Shown: positions 47,909-57,525, counted from the first letter of the stretch. The stretch is DNA of 64,000 nucleotides from Candidatus Latescibacterota bacterium (GCA_965215195.1 CBDCDC010000002.1:2816001-2880000); one strand, 5' to 3'. The notes: generated by a model not told the origin, from the sequence alone. A program made the numbers and translations.

Positions 47909-48225
47909 AACGCAATGCCCTCTTTGCGGATATTCCTGAGCAGTCGCCCTTGTCCATTTTCGTAGCGATCATGCTCGATGAACGTACAGCTAATCACTAC
48001 GTCGTTCTCCAGACCCAGATCGGCCACAAGCCCGCAGGTTCGCTCGACTTCCTCACCGGCATGTACAGCACCGTGTAATACGACGAGCACGTCCATATCC
48101 GAGTCGGGTCGGGCATCGCCCCGGGCCCGCGAACCAAATAACACCATCTGCGCCAATTGGTCGCCGTAAAATATGTCAAAGCGCTGGCGCAGTGTCTGGA
48201 GAACAGATTTTACGTTCAAATTCAT
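47905..48225 (-). CDS. Minimal nucleotidyltransferase (MNT antitoxin)
   Basis: LFGSRARGD...DSDMDVLVV; ends NIRKEGIAL. Confidence 0.9.
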   Translation of the reverse strand: MNLNVKSVLQTLRQRFDIFYGDQLAQMVLFGSRARGDARPDSDMDVLVVLHGAVHAGEEVERTCGLVADLGLENDVVISCTFIEHDRYENGQGRLLRNIRKEGIAL

Positions 48226-48304
48226 ATCCCTCGCCGCCTGTGCTCACGCCCATATAACGGACGTTACGCACAGGCACCCTAGGTATGTCTTGCGTCCCAT
48301 TCGT

Positions 48305-48345
48305 GCAAAAGGCCGAGTACCAAGGAGGTACCCGGCCTTCTTTGC
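48305..48345 (-). terminator. Rho-independent terminator downstream of the TonB-dependent receptor
   Basis: GGCCGAGTACC/GGTACCCGGCC stem with an A tract on the left and a T-rich tract on the right. Confidence 0.7.
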
Positions 48346-48364
48346 GGCTTGCAGTGGGCGTTTG

Positions 48365-50938
48365 TTATAGGCTGTAGCTGTATTTCGCGTACCAGAACGC
48401 GCCGCCAAAGCCATACGGGCTGTACTCGCCGAAAGGTCTGCCCACTATGGGTGCTGGATCGGTGCCAGCATCGTAGCCTGCTACGTCTTGCAGGCTGTCC
48501 GGCTCGACATTGAGAAGGTTCTTAACACCAGCAGATACCCTACCAACGGGCAGGGAGAGGCTGGACTCTAGGTCGAGCAAAAAGGCACCGTCAAAGATCT
48601 GGTGGCCGACGGACCATTCATCCCAAGAACTGTAGTAATTGACGCGGCCCAGCACGTCTAGATACTCGTTCAGGGGCTGGGTCAGAGATACATTCCCGCG
48701 GTGTTGCGGAAGCCCCTTCTCCAACAAAGTGATGCGCTGTTGGTCGAGCAGGTCGGGATCGTATTGGGTCACTTCGGTTGACGTGTAGTTATACGCGCAG
48801 CCGAGTTCACCGGCCCCCACAGGCACGGTGAGAACCAAATCAATGCCTTGGGTTCTCGTCTCAAAGTCATTGGTGAAGAAGCGGAACTCCTGTAGATTCC
48901 TCGCGTTTATGCCCGTGGACTCCAACTGCTCGATCTGGTCCTCTGTAAGCTCCTTGTCGCTGGAGACCGTCATGCGATCTTCCACGTCGATGCGAAAGTA
49001 GTCGATCGTCAGGTTCAGCGCGTCATTACTAACAATCGCACCAACAGTGTAGTTCTTCGACTTCTCGGGCTCGAGACCCTTGCCGCCCACCAATTGGGCG
49101 GCCGGATGAGTCGAGGGAATCGTGCCTTTATTGACCAAGATAAAATTGCCCTCGTCGTCTTCGCCAAATTCAGTCGTCACGTTGAAGGCGTTTTGCTGGC
49201 CGGGCGTGGGAGCCCTAAAGCCGGTGCTGTAACTGCCGCGCACCCTCAGCTCGTCGGTGAGGCCGTAGTTGGTGGCCAACTTGTAGTTAGTCGTTGAGCC
49301 AAAGTCGTCAAAATCTTCATAGCGCAGGGCCGCGGCCAGCAACCAGTTTTCGATCGGCTTGACTTCCGCTTCGACATAGGAAGCATAGTTGGAGCGATTC
49401 CAAGAACCTGCGGCAATATCGCCAAAACCCGGGAAACCATTAGAGCCGGAGCTGAAGCCTTGGGAAGCCAAGGGCCCCACGTCAAAAGACTCTATCTGGC
49501 CCTGCACGATTTCAAATTCTTCCGTGCGGTACTCCAAACCGGCGGCGAGGAATAGCTGATCGGTTAGCGGGTAAGTAACGTCAAAGTTGACGTTGATATC
49601 CGTCTGGATATAGTCGCCGGGATTGAACCGCGTCGGCGAGTCCGGGCCGAGAGAGGCGTTCACCGTATTGAAAATGAAGAAGTCGGAGTGGTGGCGGCCG
49701 AGAGAAGCGCTGAGATCCCCAGTGAGCGTCGGGTCTGGGATCGTTCCCTTGATGCCCAACAAAATGGCGTAGTCTTCGGTGTTGCCGCCAAAGCGGGGCG
49801 TAAAGCCACCGGGCCGGCCCGGAAAACTGCCCTGTGCCTCGCGGAAGGTGAAGCAATTGTCGTCATTGAAAACCTGTGCCAAGGCATCGGCGTCTGCCAC
49901 GTGGTCGGTGATCGCCACGGTGGGGCAATCGCCTCCCTGACCCACGCCATCCAAGTCGCCGACGAGCAAGGTCTCACCGCCGTCGTTACTGAATACGGCC
50001 GGCCGCGTATTGGGATTGCGGAAATAGAACCCGCCTTCGGTTTCCTTACTGGCGTAGTTGGCGTGGCCGTAGAGCTTCACGGCGTCGGTCAGGCCGGCAC
50101 CGTAGTTGGCGAAGAACTTGACGTCGTCTCTGATAAAGGGTTGGCCCCAAGGTTGGGCCGGATCGGCCACATCGGTGTTGCCGGCCTCTATCAAAGCAGC
50201 CGCATCGTCTCGCTGCACCGAGCGGTCTGTCTCATCCGTGTTGCCGTATTCCAAGCTGAGGTTGGCCCAAAGATCTTCGTGGCCCAACCCGATATTGCCG
50301 GCCGCGCTGTACGTAAAACCATCGCCTTCTTGGAAAATGCCGGGTTTGATTTCAATGGAACCGCCCTGATAGGCGTCCTTGAGCTGAAAGTTCATCACCC
50401 CGGCAATGGCGTCGGAACCGTACTGGGCCGAGGCCCCATCGCGCAGCACTTCCACCTGTTTGAGGGCGATTGCCGGGATGGGAGAGGTATCCTGACCTTG
50501 TGCCGCGTCGGAGAGACCATTGCCCAGCCAGTAAATCACCGAGGCGCGGTGGCGGCGCTTGTTGTTGACCAGTACCAACGCATGGTCGGGGGCCAACCCG
50601 CGCAGATTGGGCGGGCGAACGACGGTAGCGGCGTCGCTGATCGGCTGCAGATTGATGTTGTAGGAAGGCACGAGATTCCTCAGCAGATCGGGTAGATCCG
50701 TTTCGCCTTGCTTGACGAAATCTTCGCCGCTGACCACGTCAATGGGCACGGCCGACTCCGTTACCGAGCGCGGCTGCGCTCGCGAACCAGTAACCACCAG
50801 TTCTTCGAGTTCGACGACCCCTTCGAGCATTTCCTCTTCGGTGGTCGCTTCTTCCATTCCGCCTTGGGCTATGGCCTCAGAGGCCAAGATCACAGAGAGC
50901 AGGGCCGCAAGGCCGAAAGCTGCTAGGAGATCTTTCAT
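48365..50938 (-). CDS. TonB-dependent outer-membrane receptor
   Basis: Signal peptide; EELVVTGSR TonB box; plug motifs LRGL..LVLVN and VEVLRDGASAQYGSDAIAGVMN; GFRAP; LEPE; aromatic C-terminus. Confidence 0.93.
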   Translation of the reverse strand: MKDLLAAFGLAALLSVILASEAIAQGGMEEATTEEEMLEGVVELEELVVTGSRAQPRSVTESAVPIDVVSGEDFVKQGETDLPDLLRNLVPSYNINLQPISDAATVVRPPNLRGLAPDHALVLVNNKRRHRASVIYWLGNGLSDAAQGQDTSPIPAIALKQVEVLRDGASAQYGSDAIAGVMNFQLKDAYQGGSIEIKPGIFQEGDGFTYSAAGNIGLGHEDLWANLSLEYGNTDETDRSVQRDDAAALIEAGNTDVADPAQPWGQPFIRDDVKFFANYGAGLTDAVKLYGHANYASKETEGGFYFRNPNTRPAVFSNDGGETLLVGDLDGVGQGGDCPTVAITDHVADADALAQVFNDDNCFTFREAQGSFPGRPGGFTPRFGGNTEDYAILLGIKGTIPDPTLTGDLSASLGRHHSDFFIFNTVNASLGPDSPTRFNPGDYIQTDINVNFDVTYPLTDQLFLAAGLEYRTEEFEIVQGQIESFDVGPLASQGFSSGSNGFPGFGDIAAGSWNRSNYASYVEAEVKPIENWLLAAALRYEDFDDFGSTTNYKLATNYGLTDELRVRGSYSTGFRAPTPGQQNAFNVTTEFGEDDEGNFILVNKGTIPSTHPAAQLVGGKGLEPEKSKNYTVGAIVSNDALNLTIDYFRIDVEDRMTVSSDKELTEDQIEQLESTGINARNLQEFRFFTNDFETRTQGIDLVLTVPVGAGELGCAYNYTSTEVTQYDPDLLDQQRITLLEKGLPQHRGNVSLTQPLNEYLDVLGRVNYYSSWDEWSVGHQIFDGAFLLDLESSLSLPVGRVSAGVKNLLNVEPDSLQDVAGYDAGTDPAPIVGRPFGEYSPYGFGGAFWYAKYSYSL

Positions 50939-50987
50939 GGGATTTTCCTCCTTTAGGAAAAGGAATTATATCTTACTTAACTTATTG

Positions 50988-51019
50988 CGAAAAGTATAAA
51001 TGAATTACTTTTCGGTCAA
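50988..51019 (-). promoter_or_regulatory. Promoter with overlapping 9-bp inverted-repeat operator
   Basis: CGAAAAGTA-N9-TACTTTTCG (50988-51014); minus-strand TTGACC-N17-TACTTT. Confidence 0.55.
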
Positions 51020-51305
51020 TTATTTTTACGCCAGTTGCACAAGTCTGGCGGCGGCTGGGCGGTTCGGTGGGTAGGGGTCTCTTGTCTTGGTATGGCGCGA
51101 GACGGCAGAGCCGGTCCGTCCCCGCCGCCCGAGTAATTTTCAAAGGGCCCCACTACCAATCATTTATTCTCGGATTGGGCTATATACTACAATCGTGTAA
51201 CTATTTCGGGGCGCGGCCATCCCGCAGTCGGAATGAATTTATATTCCTTATTTTCGATTATTTATGCCAAGAGTGGTCAACTCTGCGTCCCTGCGGCGCA
51301 ACCAC

Positions 51306-51386
51306 GCTGTCCGTCGTCAGTGCTGTCCGTCGCCAGTGCTGTCCGTCGCCAAAATTGGCGACGCATTGGCGACGCATTGGCGACAC
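51306..51386. repeat. Compound tandem repeat, 3x16 bp + 3x11 bp, mutually complementary
   Basis: GCTGTCCGTCGYCA(GT) x3, then ATTGGCGAC(GC) x3; CGTCGCCA pairs with TGGCGACG. Confidence 0.9.
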
Positions 51387-51404
51387 AACCGAAGGACAAA
51401 AGCC

Positions 51405-52328
51405 ATGCTGGGCAAATTTTTCGACAAAGTAAAGCAGGGGTTGGCGCGGACGCGGCAGGCGATGACCGAGGTGATCGCTGGCAACCCCCGCTTGGACGAC
51501 GACGCAATTGACGATATCGAGACCGCCCTGATCGGCGCTGACATGGGGCTGGAGACAGCCACCGAACTCGTGGATCAGCTGCGCGAGCGGCTCAGGCGCG
51601 GGCAGATGGCGGCCGGACCGGCCGGGGTGATGAAGGTGCTGGAGGATCAAGTAGCCGCGATGATGACCCTCGGCAACAACGCGGCCTTGCCCCTAGCTGG
51701 CGAACTGCCGGGCAAGCCGTTTGTCGTGCTGCTCGTCGGCGTCAATGGCACCGGCAAGACCACGACAGCTGGCAAGCTGGCCAAGTGCTATGCCGATGCT
51801 GGCAAGAAGGTGGTGCTCGCGGCCGGCGACACGTTCCGGGCCGCGGCCATACCCCAACTCGCCATCTGGGCCGAGCGCGCCGGCGCCGACCTGATACGCA
51901 CGCAGCGCGGGGCCGACCCGGCGGCCGTGGCCTTTGACGCGCTCGCCGCGGCCAAGTCGCGCCGAGCCGACGTGCTGTTGGTCGATACGGCCGGCCGCTT
52001 GCACAACAAGGTCAACTTGATGGAGGAACTCAAAAAGATCCGCCGCTCGCTGGCCAAGCAAGACCCAGCGGCCCCGCACGAAACCCTGCTAATACTCGAC
52101 GGGACCAACGGCCAAAATGCCCTGTCGCAGGCGACCGCATTCAACCAAGCCACCACGTTGACCGGGCTCGTGCTGACCAAGCTGGACGGGACGGCTAAGG
52201 GCGGGATAGTCGTCGCGCTGCGGCGGCAGATGGATCTGCCCGTGAAGTTGATTGGGGTGGGCGAGGGCGTAGATGATTTGCAGCCGTTTGACGCGGCCGC
52301 ATTCGCCCGTGCGTTGTTCGCCGAGTGA
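51405..52328 (+). CDS. ftsY: SRP receptor FtsY (short NG-only type)
   Basis: GVNGTGKTT, DTFRAAA, DTAGRL, DGTNGQN, TKLDGTAKGG, GVGE..DL. Confidence 0.96.
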   Translation: MLGKFFDKVKQGLARTRQAMTEVIAGNPRLDDDAIDDIETALIGADMGLETATELVDQLRERLRRGQMAAGPAGVMKVLEDQVAAMMTLGNNAALPLAGELPGKPFVVLLVGVNGTGKTTTAGKLAKCYADAGKKVVLAAGDTFRAAAIPQLAIWAERAGADLIRTQRGADPAAVAFDALAAAKSRRADVLLVDTAGRLHNKVNLMEELKKIRRSLAKQDPAAPHETLLILDGTNGQNALSQATAFNQATTLTGLVLTKLDGTAKGGIVVALRRQMDLPVKLIGVGEGVDDLQPFDAAAFARALFAE

Positions 52329-52332
52329 GGGA

Positions 52333-53445
52333 TTACAGCGCAGCTAGTGCGTCTTTTAGCTCCCCTCGTACTTCCGCATCTTCTTCTATTCCCAAGCGCC
52401 GTTTGAGCGCCCCTTTGGCCGCATCGCCCCCGAGTTGCCCCAGTGCCCAAGCCACGTGGCCGCGCACTAGCGGCTCTTCGTCGTCGAGTGCGCTGAGCAG
52501 GGCCGGCACGGCGGCCTGTACGCCCGAGTTGCCCAAGGCCACGGCCACGTTGCGCAAAAAGCCGCGGCGCTTAGGGCGCTTGATCGGGTTGCGGCGAAAC
52601 TGTGCGTTGAAGGCTGCGCGGTCGAGTTGGATCAGGTCGAGGAGTGCCGGGCTGTCGAGGTCGGAGCGGCTCTGGTAGGCCGGCTCTAAAGCCGGCGCAG
52701 CCTTGCGATTCCACGGGCACACCTCTTGACAGATGTCGCAGCCAAAGATCCACTGGCCCATGCCTTGGCGCAGGTCGCGGGGAATCGGCCCCTTGAGTTC
52801 GATGTTGAGATAGGAGATACAGCGCCTCGCGTCGAGCACGTACGGCTCGGGGAAGGCGTCGGTGGGGCAGGCGTCCAAGCAGCGCGTACAGGTGCCGCAG
52901 TGGTCTGGGGCGGGTTCGTCGTAGTCGAGTTTGAGGTCGGTGATGATTTCGGCCAAGAAGAAGTAGGAGCCGCGGCGCTTGTCGATCAGGCAGGTGTTCT
53001 TGCCCCACCAGCCCAAGCCCGCCCGCTGGGCCAGTTCGCGCTCTAGGACCGGGGCCGTATCCACAAAATAGCGGCCCTTCGCGGGCACCCCGGCCTCGGC
53101 TAGCGCGAATTCCCACAGGGCCGCCAAGCGCTTTTTGACAATGTCGTGGTAGTCGAAGCCGCGGGCGTAACAGGCGATCCGGCCGCGCAGGGGGTCGGGT
53201 GCGGCCGGCGTGGGCTGGTAGTAGTCCATGCCGAGGCAGATGGCGGTCTGGGCGCCGGGAACCATCCGGCGCGGGTCCTCGCGCTTGTCGAGGTGGCGCT
53301 TGAGGTAGTCCATCTGGCCAGCGTAGCCCAAGGCCACCCAGCGGGCGTAAAACTCGGCCCCTTCTAGCGGGTCGGCCGGGGCGAAGCCGACCGAGGTAAA
53401 GCCCAAGGCGCGGGCCTTGTGGCGAATTTGTTCGGTCAGGGACAT
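52333..53445 (-). CDS. queG: Epoxyqueuosine reductase
   Basis: YARG.DYH, VDTAPVLER, GKN, CG.CTRCLDACPT, CISY, GCDICQEVCPWN; HEAT repeat. Confidence 0.95.
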   Translation of the reverse strand: MSLTEQIRHKARALGFTSVGFAPADPLEGAEFYARWVALGYAGQMDYLKRHLDKREDPRRMVPGAQTAICLGMDYYQPTPAAPDPLRGRIACYARGFDYHDIVKKRLAALWEFALAEAGVPAKGRYFVDTAPVLERELAQRAGLGWWGKNTCLIDKRRGSYFFLAEIITDLKLDYDEPAPDHCGTCTRCLDACPTDAFPEPYVLDARRCISYLNIELKGPIPRDLRQGMGQWIFGCDICQEVCPWNRKAAPALEPAYQSRSDLDSPALLDLIQLDRAAFNAQFRRNPIKRPKRRGFLRNVAVALGNSGVQAAVPALLSALDDEEPLVRGHVAWALGQLGGDAAKGALKRRLGIEEDAEVRGELKDALAAL

Positions 53446-53466
53446 GCCGGGCCGCGCAGGCAGGTA

Positions 53467-54777
53467 CTAAAACATCTCCGCGATGTGGCGGAAGACCATC
53501 TGATTGAGGTCGTTGAACGTGACCAGCACCATGATTAACAGCATGATGGCCAAGCCGATCTGCTGAAAAATTTCGCGCTGGCGCAGCGAGAGCGGTCGGC
53601 GCATGACGGCCTCTAGCGTGAGGAAGGTCAGGTGGCCGCCGTCGAGCACCGGGATGGGCAGGAGGTTGATAATCGCCAAGTTGACGCTGAGCATGGCGAG
53701 GAAGCTGACGAAGGAGTACAAGCCCTGCGCGGCGGTCTGCCCGGCTAGCTGGGCGATGCGCAAGGGGCCGCCCAATTCGTCGGTCGAGCGGTCGCCTTGG
53801 AAAAGCTCGCCCAAAAAGTCGAGGATCAGCCAAGAGGAATTGTACACGCCCAACCCCCCCAACACCACCGCACGACCCAGCCCAACGGTGTGGCGCGAGG
53901 CCTGCGGGCTGATGCCAATGCGGCCCACCTGCGCGTCGCCTTCGTCGTGGGTAGCCGGGGTGATTAGCTGCTCCATGCGCTGGCCGTCGCGCTCCCAAAC
54001 CAACTGGATCGTCTCGCCCGGATAGCGGCGGATTTCCTCGCTCATCTCGGCCCAGCTCACAACCGGGGCTTGGCCGATGGCGAGGATGATGTCGCCGGCT
54101 TGCAGGCCGAGGCTATCGGCCGGCATCCCGGAGACGACCTGCCCCACCGTTGTGGGGCGCATTAGCTGTACGCCGTAGCCCTCGTTTCCCGCGGGCGGCA
54201 GGTGGAGGTTAAAGAGGATGCCGTCGCGTTCGATTTCGAGGGCAGCCCCGCGGCTGGCGATCTCGTCCAAGGTGCTGGCCAGCTCGTAGGCATTGCCGAC
54301 GGGCGTACCCCCTACGGTGCGCACGCGATCGCCGCGCACCAGACCGGCCTCGGCCGCGAGGGAATTTTCTTGGGGGTTGACGCGGGTGCTATCGAAGGTG
54401 TCGATCCCGTAGGCACTAAAGAGGAAGATCAGGGCCGCAAAGGCGAAGAGGAAGTTCATAGCCGGGCCGGCCGCGATGACCGCCATGCGGATCCCCACCG
54501 ACCGCGAGGGAAATTCCCAGCGTGCGCCAGTGGTTTCCTCGCTGCCCACATCGGCCATGCCAGCTACCTTGACGTAACCGCCAAAGGGGACCCAAGAGAT
54601 GCAGTACTCGGTTTCGCCGCGGGTAAAGCCAATCATCTTGGGCGGGTAGCCCAATGAGAAGCGCTCGACGCGGATGCCCGCCCATTTGGCGACCAGAAAG
54701 TGGCCCAGCTCGTGGACAAAGACCAAGACGCCTAAGGCGATGAGAAATGAGGCAATAGTAGTGAGGGTATCGAACAT
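53467..54777 (-). CDS. rseP: RIP metalloprotease RseP with PDZ domains
   Basis: HELGH, PFGGYV, AGP..N, NLLPIPVLDGGH. Confidence 0.95.
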   Translation of the reverse strand: MFDTLTTIASFLIALGVLVFVHELGHFLVAKWAGIRVERFSLGYPPKMIGFTRGETEYCISWVPFGGYVKVAGMADVGSEETTGARWEFPSRSVGIRMAVIAAGPAMNFLFAFAALIFLFSAYGIDTFDSTRVNPQENSLAAEAGLVRGDRVRTVGGTPVGNAYELASTLDEIASRGAALEIERDGILFNLHLPPAGNEGYGVQLMRPTTVGQVVSGMPADSLGLQAGDIILAIGQAPVVSWAEMSEEIRRYPGETIQLVWERDGQRMEQLITPATHDEGDAQVGRIGISPQASRHTVGLGRAVVLGGLGVYNSSWLILDFLGELFQGDRSTDELGGPLRIAQLAGQTAAQGLYSFVSFLAMLSVNLAIINLLPIPVLDGGHLTFLTLEAVMRRPLSLRQREIFQQIGLAIMLLIMVLVTFNDLNQMVFRHIAEMF

Positions 54778-54789
54778 ATCTAGTCCCTC

Positions 54790-55626
54790 TCAAGGAAAAA
54801 CGGCCAGCATATCCACGTAGAGATACGCCAGCGGAAAGGCCAAAAAATACGAGTCAAAGCGGTCGAGTAGGCCGCCGTGGCCCGGGATTAGCATGGGCGC
54901 GTCCTTGATGCCCATGTCGCGCTTAAAGGCCGATTCCACCAAGTCGCCCACTTGGGCACCAATACCCGCGACGAGCAAAAGCCCCAGCAGCGACGCGGTA
55001 GAAAAGGAGGGCAGCAGAAAGCCCAAGGGCATGGGAAGAGCGCTGCCGACTAGGCCGCCGATGCACCCGACCCGCGTCTTCTTCGGGCTGATGGCTGGTG
55101 CTAGCTTGGCCCGGCCCCAAAACCGACCGCTGAAGTACGCCCCGGAATCCGTGAGCCAGATGCAGAGGAAGAGCACGGCCACCAAGTGGCGAGCCTCTTC
55201 GCCCTTACCAGCCGCCTGAAAAAGCAGCAGCGGCGCACTGCCCAAGACGCCGAAGAGGAGCACGCCGCCCAACGTCAGAAAGGCGTTGGGCGCATAGTGC
55301 TCCGGGCCCTCGAACAAGGCCCACACCACAATTAGCAAGATGGCCGCCATCAGCAACGCGGCGAGGTCGTCGCCCGTGCCCTGTCGCCAGAAGTAGCTGC
55401 ACAGACCCAAGACCAACAAGCTGCCCGGCAGGCGAATGGGGCGATAGCCAGCCTCCGCTAGGATGTGGTGGTATTCCCACGAGCAGCGCGCTGCCACGGC
55501 CAGTACCAAGAGGAAGAGCGCCCAGCTAGCCCCTTCGACCAGCAGTAGAATCACCGGCACGAATACGGCCGCCGCGAGGACGCGCTGTCGCAGGCCGGAG
55601 GCCCCTGCCGCTGGGTCAGCCGCCAA
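54790..55626 (-). CDS. cdsA: Phosphatidate cytidylyltransferase
   Basis: DSGAYF.GR, ISPKKT, GDLVES.FKR..GIKD, PGHGG.LDRFDS; TTG start inferred. Confidence 0.92.
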   Translation of the reverse strand: MAADPAAGASGLRQRVLAAAVFVPVILLLVEGASWALFLLVLAVAARCSWEYHHILAEAGYRPIRLPGSLLVLGLCSYFWRQGTGDDLAALLMAAILLIVVWALFEGPEHYAPNAFLTLGGVLLFGVLGSAPLLLFQAAGKGEEARHLVAVLFLCIWLTDSGAYFSGRFWGRAKLAPAISPKKTRVGCIGGLVGSALPMPLGFLLPSFSTASLLGLLLVAGIGAQVGDLVESAFKRDMGIKDAPMLIPGHGGLLDRFDSYFLAFPLAYLYVDMLAVFP

Positions 55627-56422
55627 AGCGCCTCTGCCGTTGCTGGTAGGCGGCAATGGCTTCGTACAGGTGCTGGCGGCGAAAATCCGGCCAATGCACA
55701 TCGCCGACAAAGCAGATTTCAGTATAGACCATCTGCCACGGGAGGAAGTTGCTCAACCGCATTTCGCCGCTGGTGCGGATTAACAAGTCCGGGTCGGGCA
55801 AGTTGGCTGTATAGAGGGCAGCGCTGATTTGTTCCTCGTCGATGTCTCGTGGGTTGAGCTGGCCAGCGGCCACTTCGGCGGCTAGCTTGCGGAAGGCATC
55901 GACGAGCTCGCTGCGGCCTCCGTAGTTGAGCGCCAAATTGAGCTTGAGGCCGGTGTTGTCTCTGGTCTGAGCGAGGGCGTGCTCTAGAGCCAATTGTATG
56001 GTCGGAGACAGCTCGTCGGTGCGGCCTATGGCGTTGAGCGATACGTTGTTTTCGTGAAGTTCCGACACTTCGTCGCGCAGGGACTCGTGCAGCCACTGCA
56101 TCAGCTCTTCTACTTCCGCTTCGGGCCGGGACCAATTCTCGGTCGAGAAGGTGTACAGGGTCAGTGCCTCAATTTGCAGTTGGCCGCAGGCGCGGACAAT
56201 GTCGCGCACGGACTCGCGGCCAAAGCGATGCCCCTCGGTCTTGGGCAGATTGCGCTCGACCGCCCAGCGCCTATCGCCGTCCATGATAATGGCGATGTGC
56301 TGAGGCAGGTTGCCCTCGTCCTTGAGGCACTGCTGGATGCGGAAGTCCTCTTCGGGGTTGAGGGGTTTTACTGGGTGGTACTCGCGGGGAGAAATTTCCA
56401 GCGGCAGAGCCTGCACACTCAT
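55616..56422 (-). CDS. uppS: Isoprenyl transferase (undecaprenyl diphosphate synthase)
   Basis: HIAIIMDG.RRWA, FSTENW.RP, NYGGR, DLLIRTSGE.RLSNFL. Confidence 0.95.
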   Translation of the reverse strand: MSVQALPLEISPREYHPVKPLNPEEDFRIQQCLKDEGNLPQHIAIIMDGDRRWAVERNLPKTEGHRFGRESVRDIVRACGQLQIEALTLYTFSTENWSRPEAEVEELMQWLHESLRDEVSELHENNVSLNAIGRTDELSPTIQLALEHALAQTRDNTGLKLNLALNYGGRSELVDAFRKLAAEVAAGQLNPRDIDEEQISAALYTANLPDPDLLIRTSGEMRLSNFLPWQMVYTEICFVGDVHWPDFRRQHLYEAIAAYQQRQRRFGG

Positions 56423-56581
56423 AGCGTAATTAAGGATGCTTCGGTGGGTTTTTGGGACGGCCATACGGCCCCTATCATAAATCCGGGCGCGTTTCGCCCT
56501 TGGCAAACAAGGCCGCGCCCATTTTGGTCAATCTAGGGGAAAGGCTCATATTCGTCAAGCAAGCCTAGGTGGCAGACGCGC

Positions 56582-56610
56582 TTGACGCCCATTCTAGGGG
56601 CCAGTATTAT
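56582..56610 (+). promoter_or_regulatory. Sigma70 promoter
   Basis: TTGACG-N17-TATTAT, 7 bp upstream of the ATG at 56618. Confidence 0.6.
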
Positions 56611-56617
56611 GGCACTT

Positions 56618-57214
56618 ATGAAGAATGAGGCGACGCGCACCCGCAAAAAACGGCTCAGAAAGCGCGTCCTAGCTGTGCGCATGGGTTTGGACCGCAGCCA
56701 AGTAGAAGTCAGCGGGCAGGCCATACTAGAGAGAGTCTTGGGGCTGGAGGCGTACCGCCGGGCCAAGCTCGTCCACACCTATGTTTCTAGCAAGGAAAAC
56801 GAGGTCGATACCCGCGCGTTGATCTGCACTTGCCTAGCGCAGGGCAAGCGGGTGGCCGTGCCGGTGGTGATGCCGGGCGCGAAGGCGATGGCCCACGCCC
56901 TGATCGACGGTCTAGACCAGCTCGTCGTCGGCTCCTATGGGCTGGCGCAACCTGACCCCGCTGAGATAGTTTGGTTGCCCGCAGAAGCTCGCATCGACTT
57001 GGTCGTAGTACCAGGTCTTGCCTTTGACCGGCGCGGGCAGCGCATCGGCTGGGGCGGCGGGTACTACGACCGCTTTTTAGCGCAAGTGCAAACCGTCAAA
57101 ATAGGGCTGTGCTACGACGAGCTGGTCCTAGACTGCATTCCCGGCGAGCCGCACGATGTGCCCGTGGACGTGGTCGTCGCCGAAACCGCCATTTACCAAG
57201 GAGGAATTGCATGA
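56618..57214 (+). CDS. ygfA: 5-formyltetrahydrofolate cyclo-ligase
   Basis: K..LRK, EVDT, VVPGLAFD..G.RIG.GGGYYDRFL, HD. Confidence 0.92.
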   Translation: MKNEATRTRKKRLRKRVLAVRMGLDRSQVEVSGQAILERVLGLEAYRRAKLVHTYVSSKENEVDTRALICTCLAQGKRVAVPVVMPGAKAMAHALIDGLDQLVVGSYGLAQPDPAEIVWLPAEARIDLVVVPGLAFDRRGQRIGWGGGYYDRFLAQVQTVKIGLCYDELVLDCIPGEPHDVPVDVVVAETAIYQGGIA

Positions 57215-57525
57215 TCTACGAGTTGCGCATCTACCGCTTCCACAAGGGAGCCGACAACAAGGAGAAATTCCTCGCCGGCTTTGACGAGGCGCGTCGCTTT
57301 ATGCCCAAGTACGGCGTTGAGTTTGTGGCCGCATGGGAAAATCCCGACCGCGACGACGAGTTCATCTGGATTCGCGCCTTTCCCAATGCCAAGGCGCGCG
57401 ACAAGGCCATCGACGCGTACTACGCCAGCCCGGAATGGGCCAAGATCGTCGATCAGATCCGGCCGCTCATCCGCCGGCGAGAGGTGCGAGTGATGAAAGC
57501 ATTGCCCTATTCGACCCTGAAGTAA
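57211..57525 (+). CDS. NIPSNAP family protein
   Basis: GGAGG RBS; MIYELRIY, FIWIRAF, YYASPEW. Confidence 0.85.
   Translation: MIYELRIYRFHKGADNKEKFLAGFDEARRFMPKYGVEFVAAWENPDRDDEFIWIRAFPNAKARDKAIDAYYASPEWAKIVDQIRPLIRRREVRVMKALPYSTLK

Noticed and set aside
51030-51260. Cobalamin or other riboswitch upstream of the TonB receptor
   Set aside because: No B12-box or other recognisable aptamer consensus could be identified by eye.
51306-51386. CRISPR array
   Set aside because: Units are 11-16 bp, directly tandem, with no unique spacers and no cas genes in the window.
52571-53998. 475-aa alternative-frame ORF (and similar long Arg/Pro/Ala-rich shadow ORFs elsewhere)
   Set aside because: It overlaps well-supported queG and rseP; such ORFs are expected in high-GC DNA.
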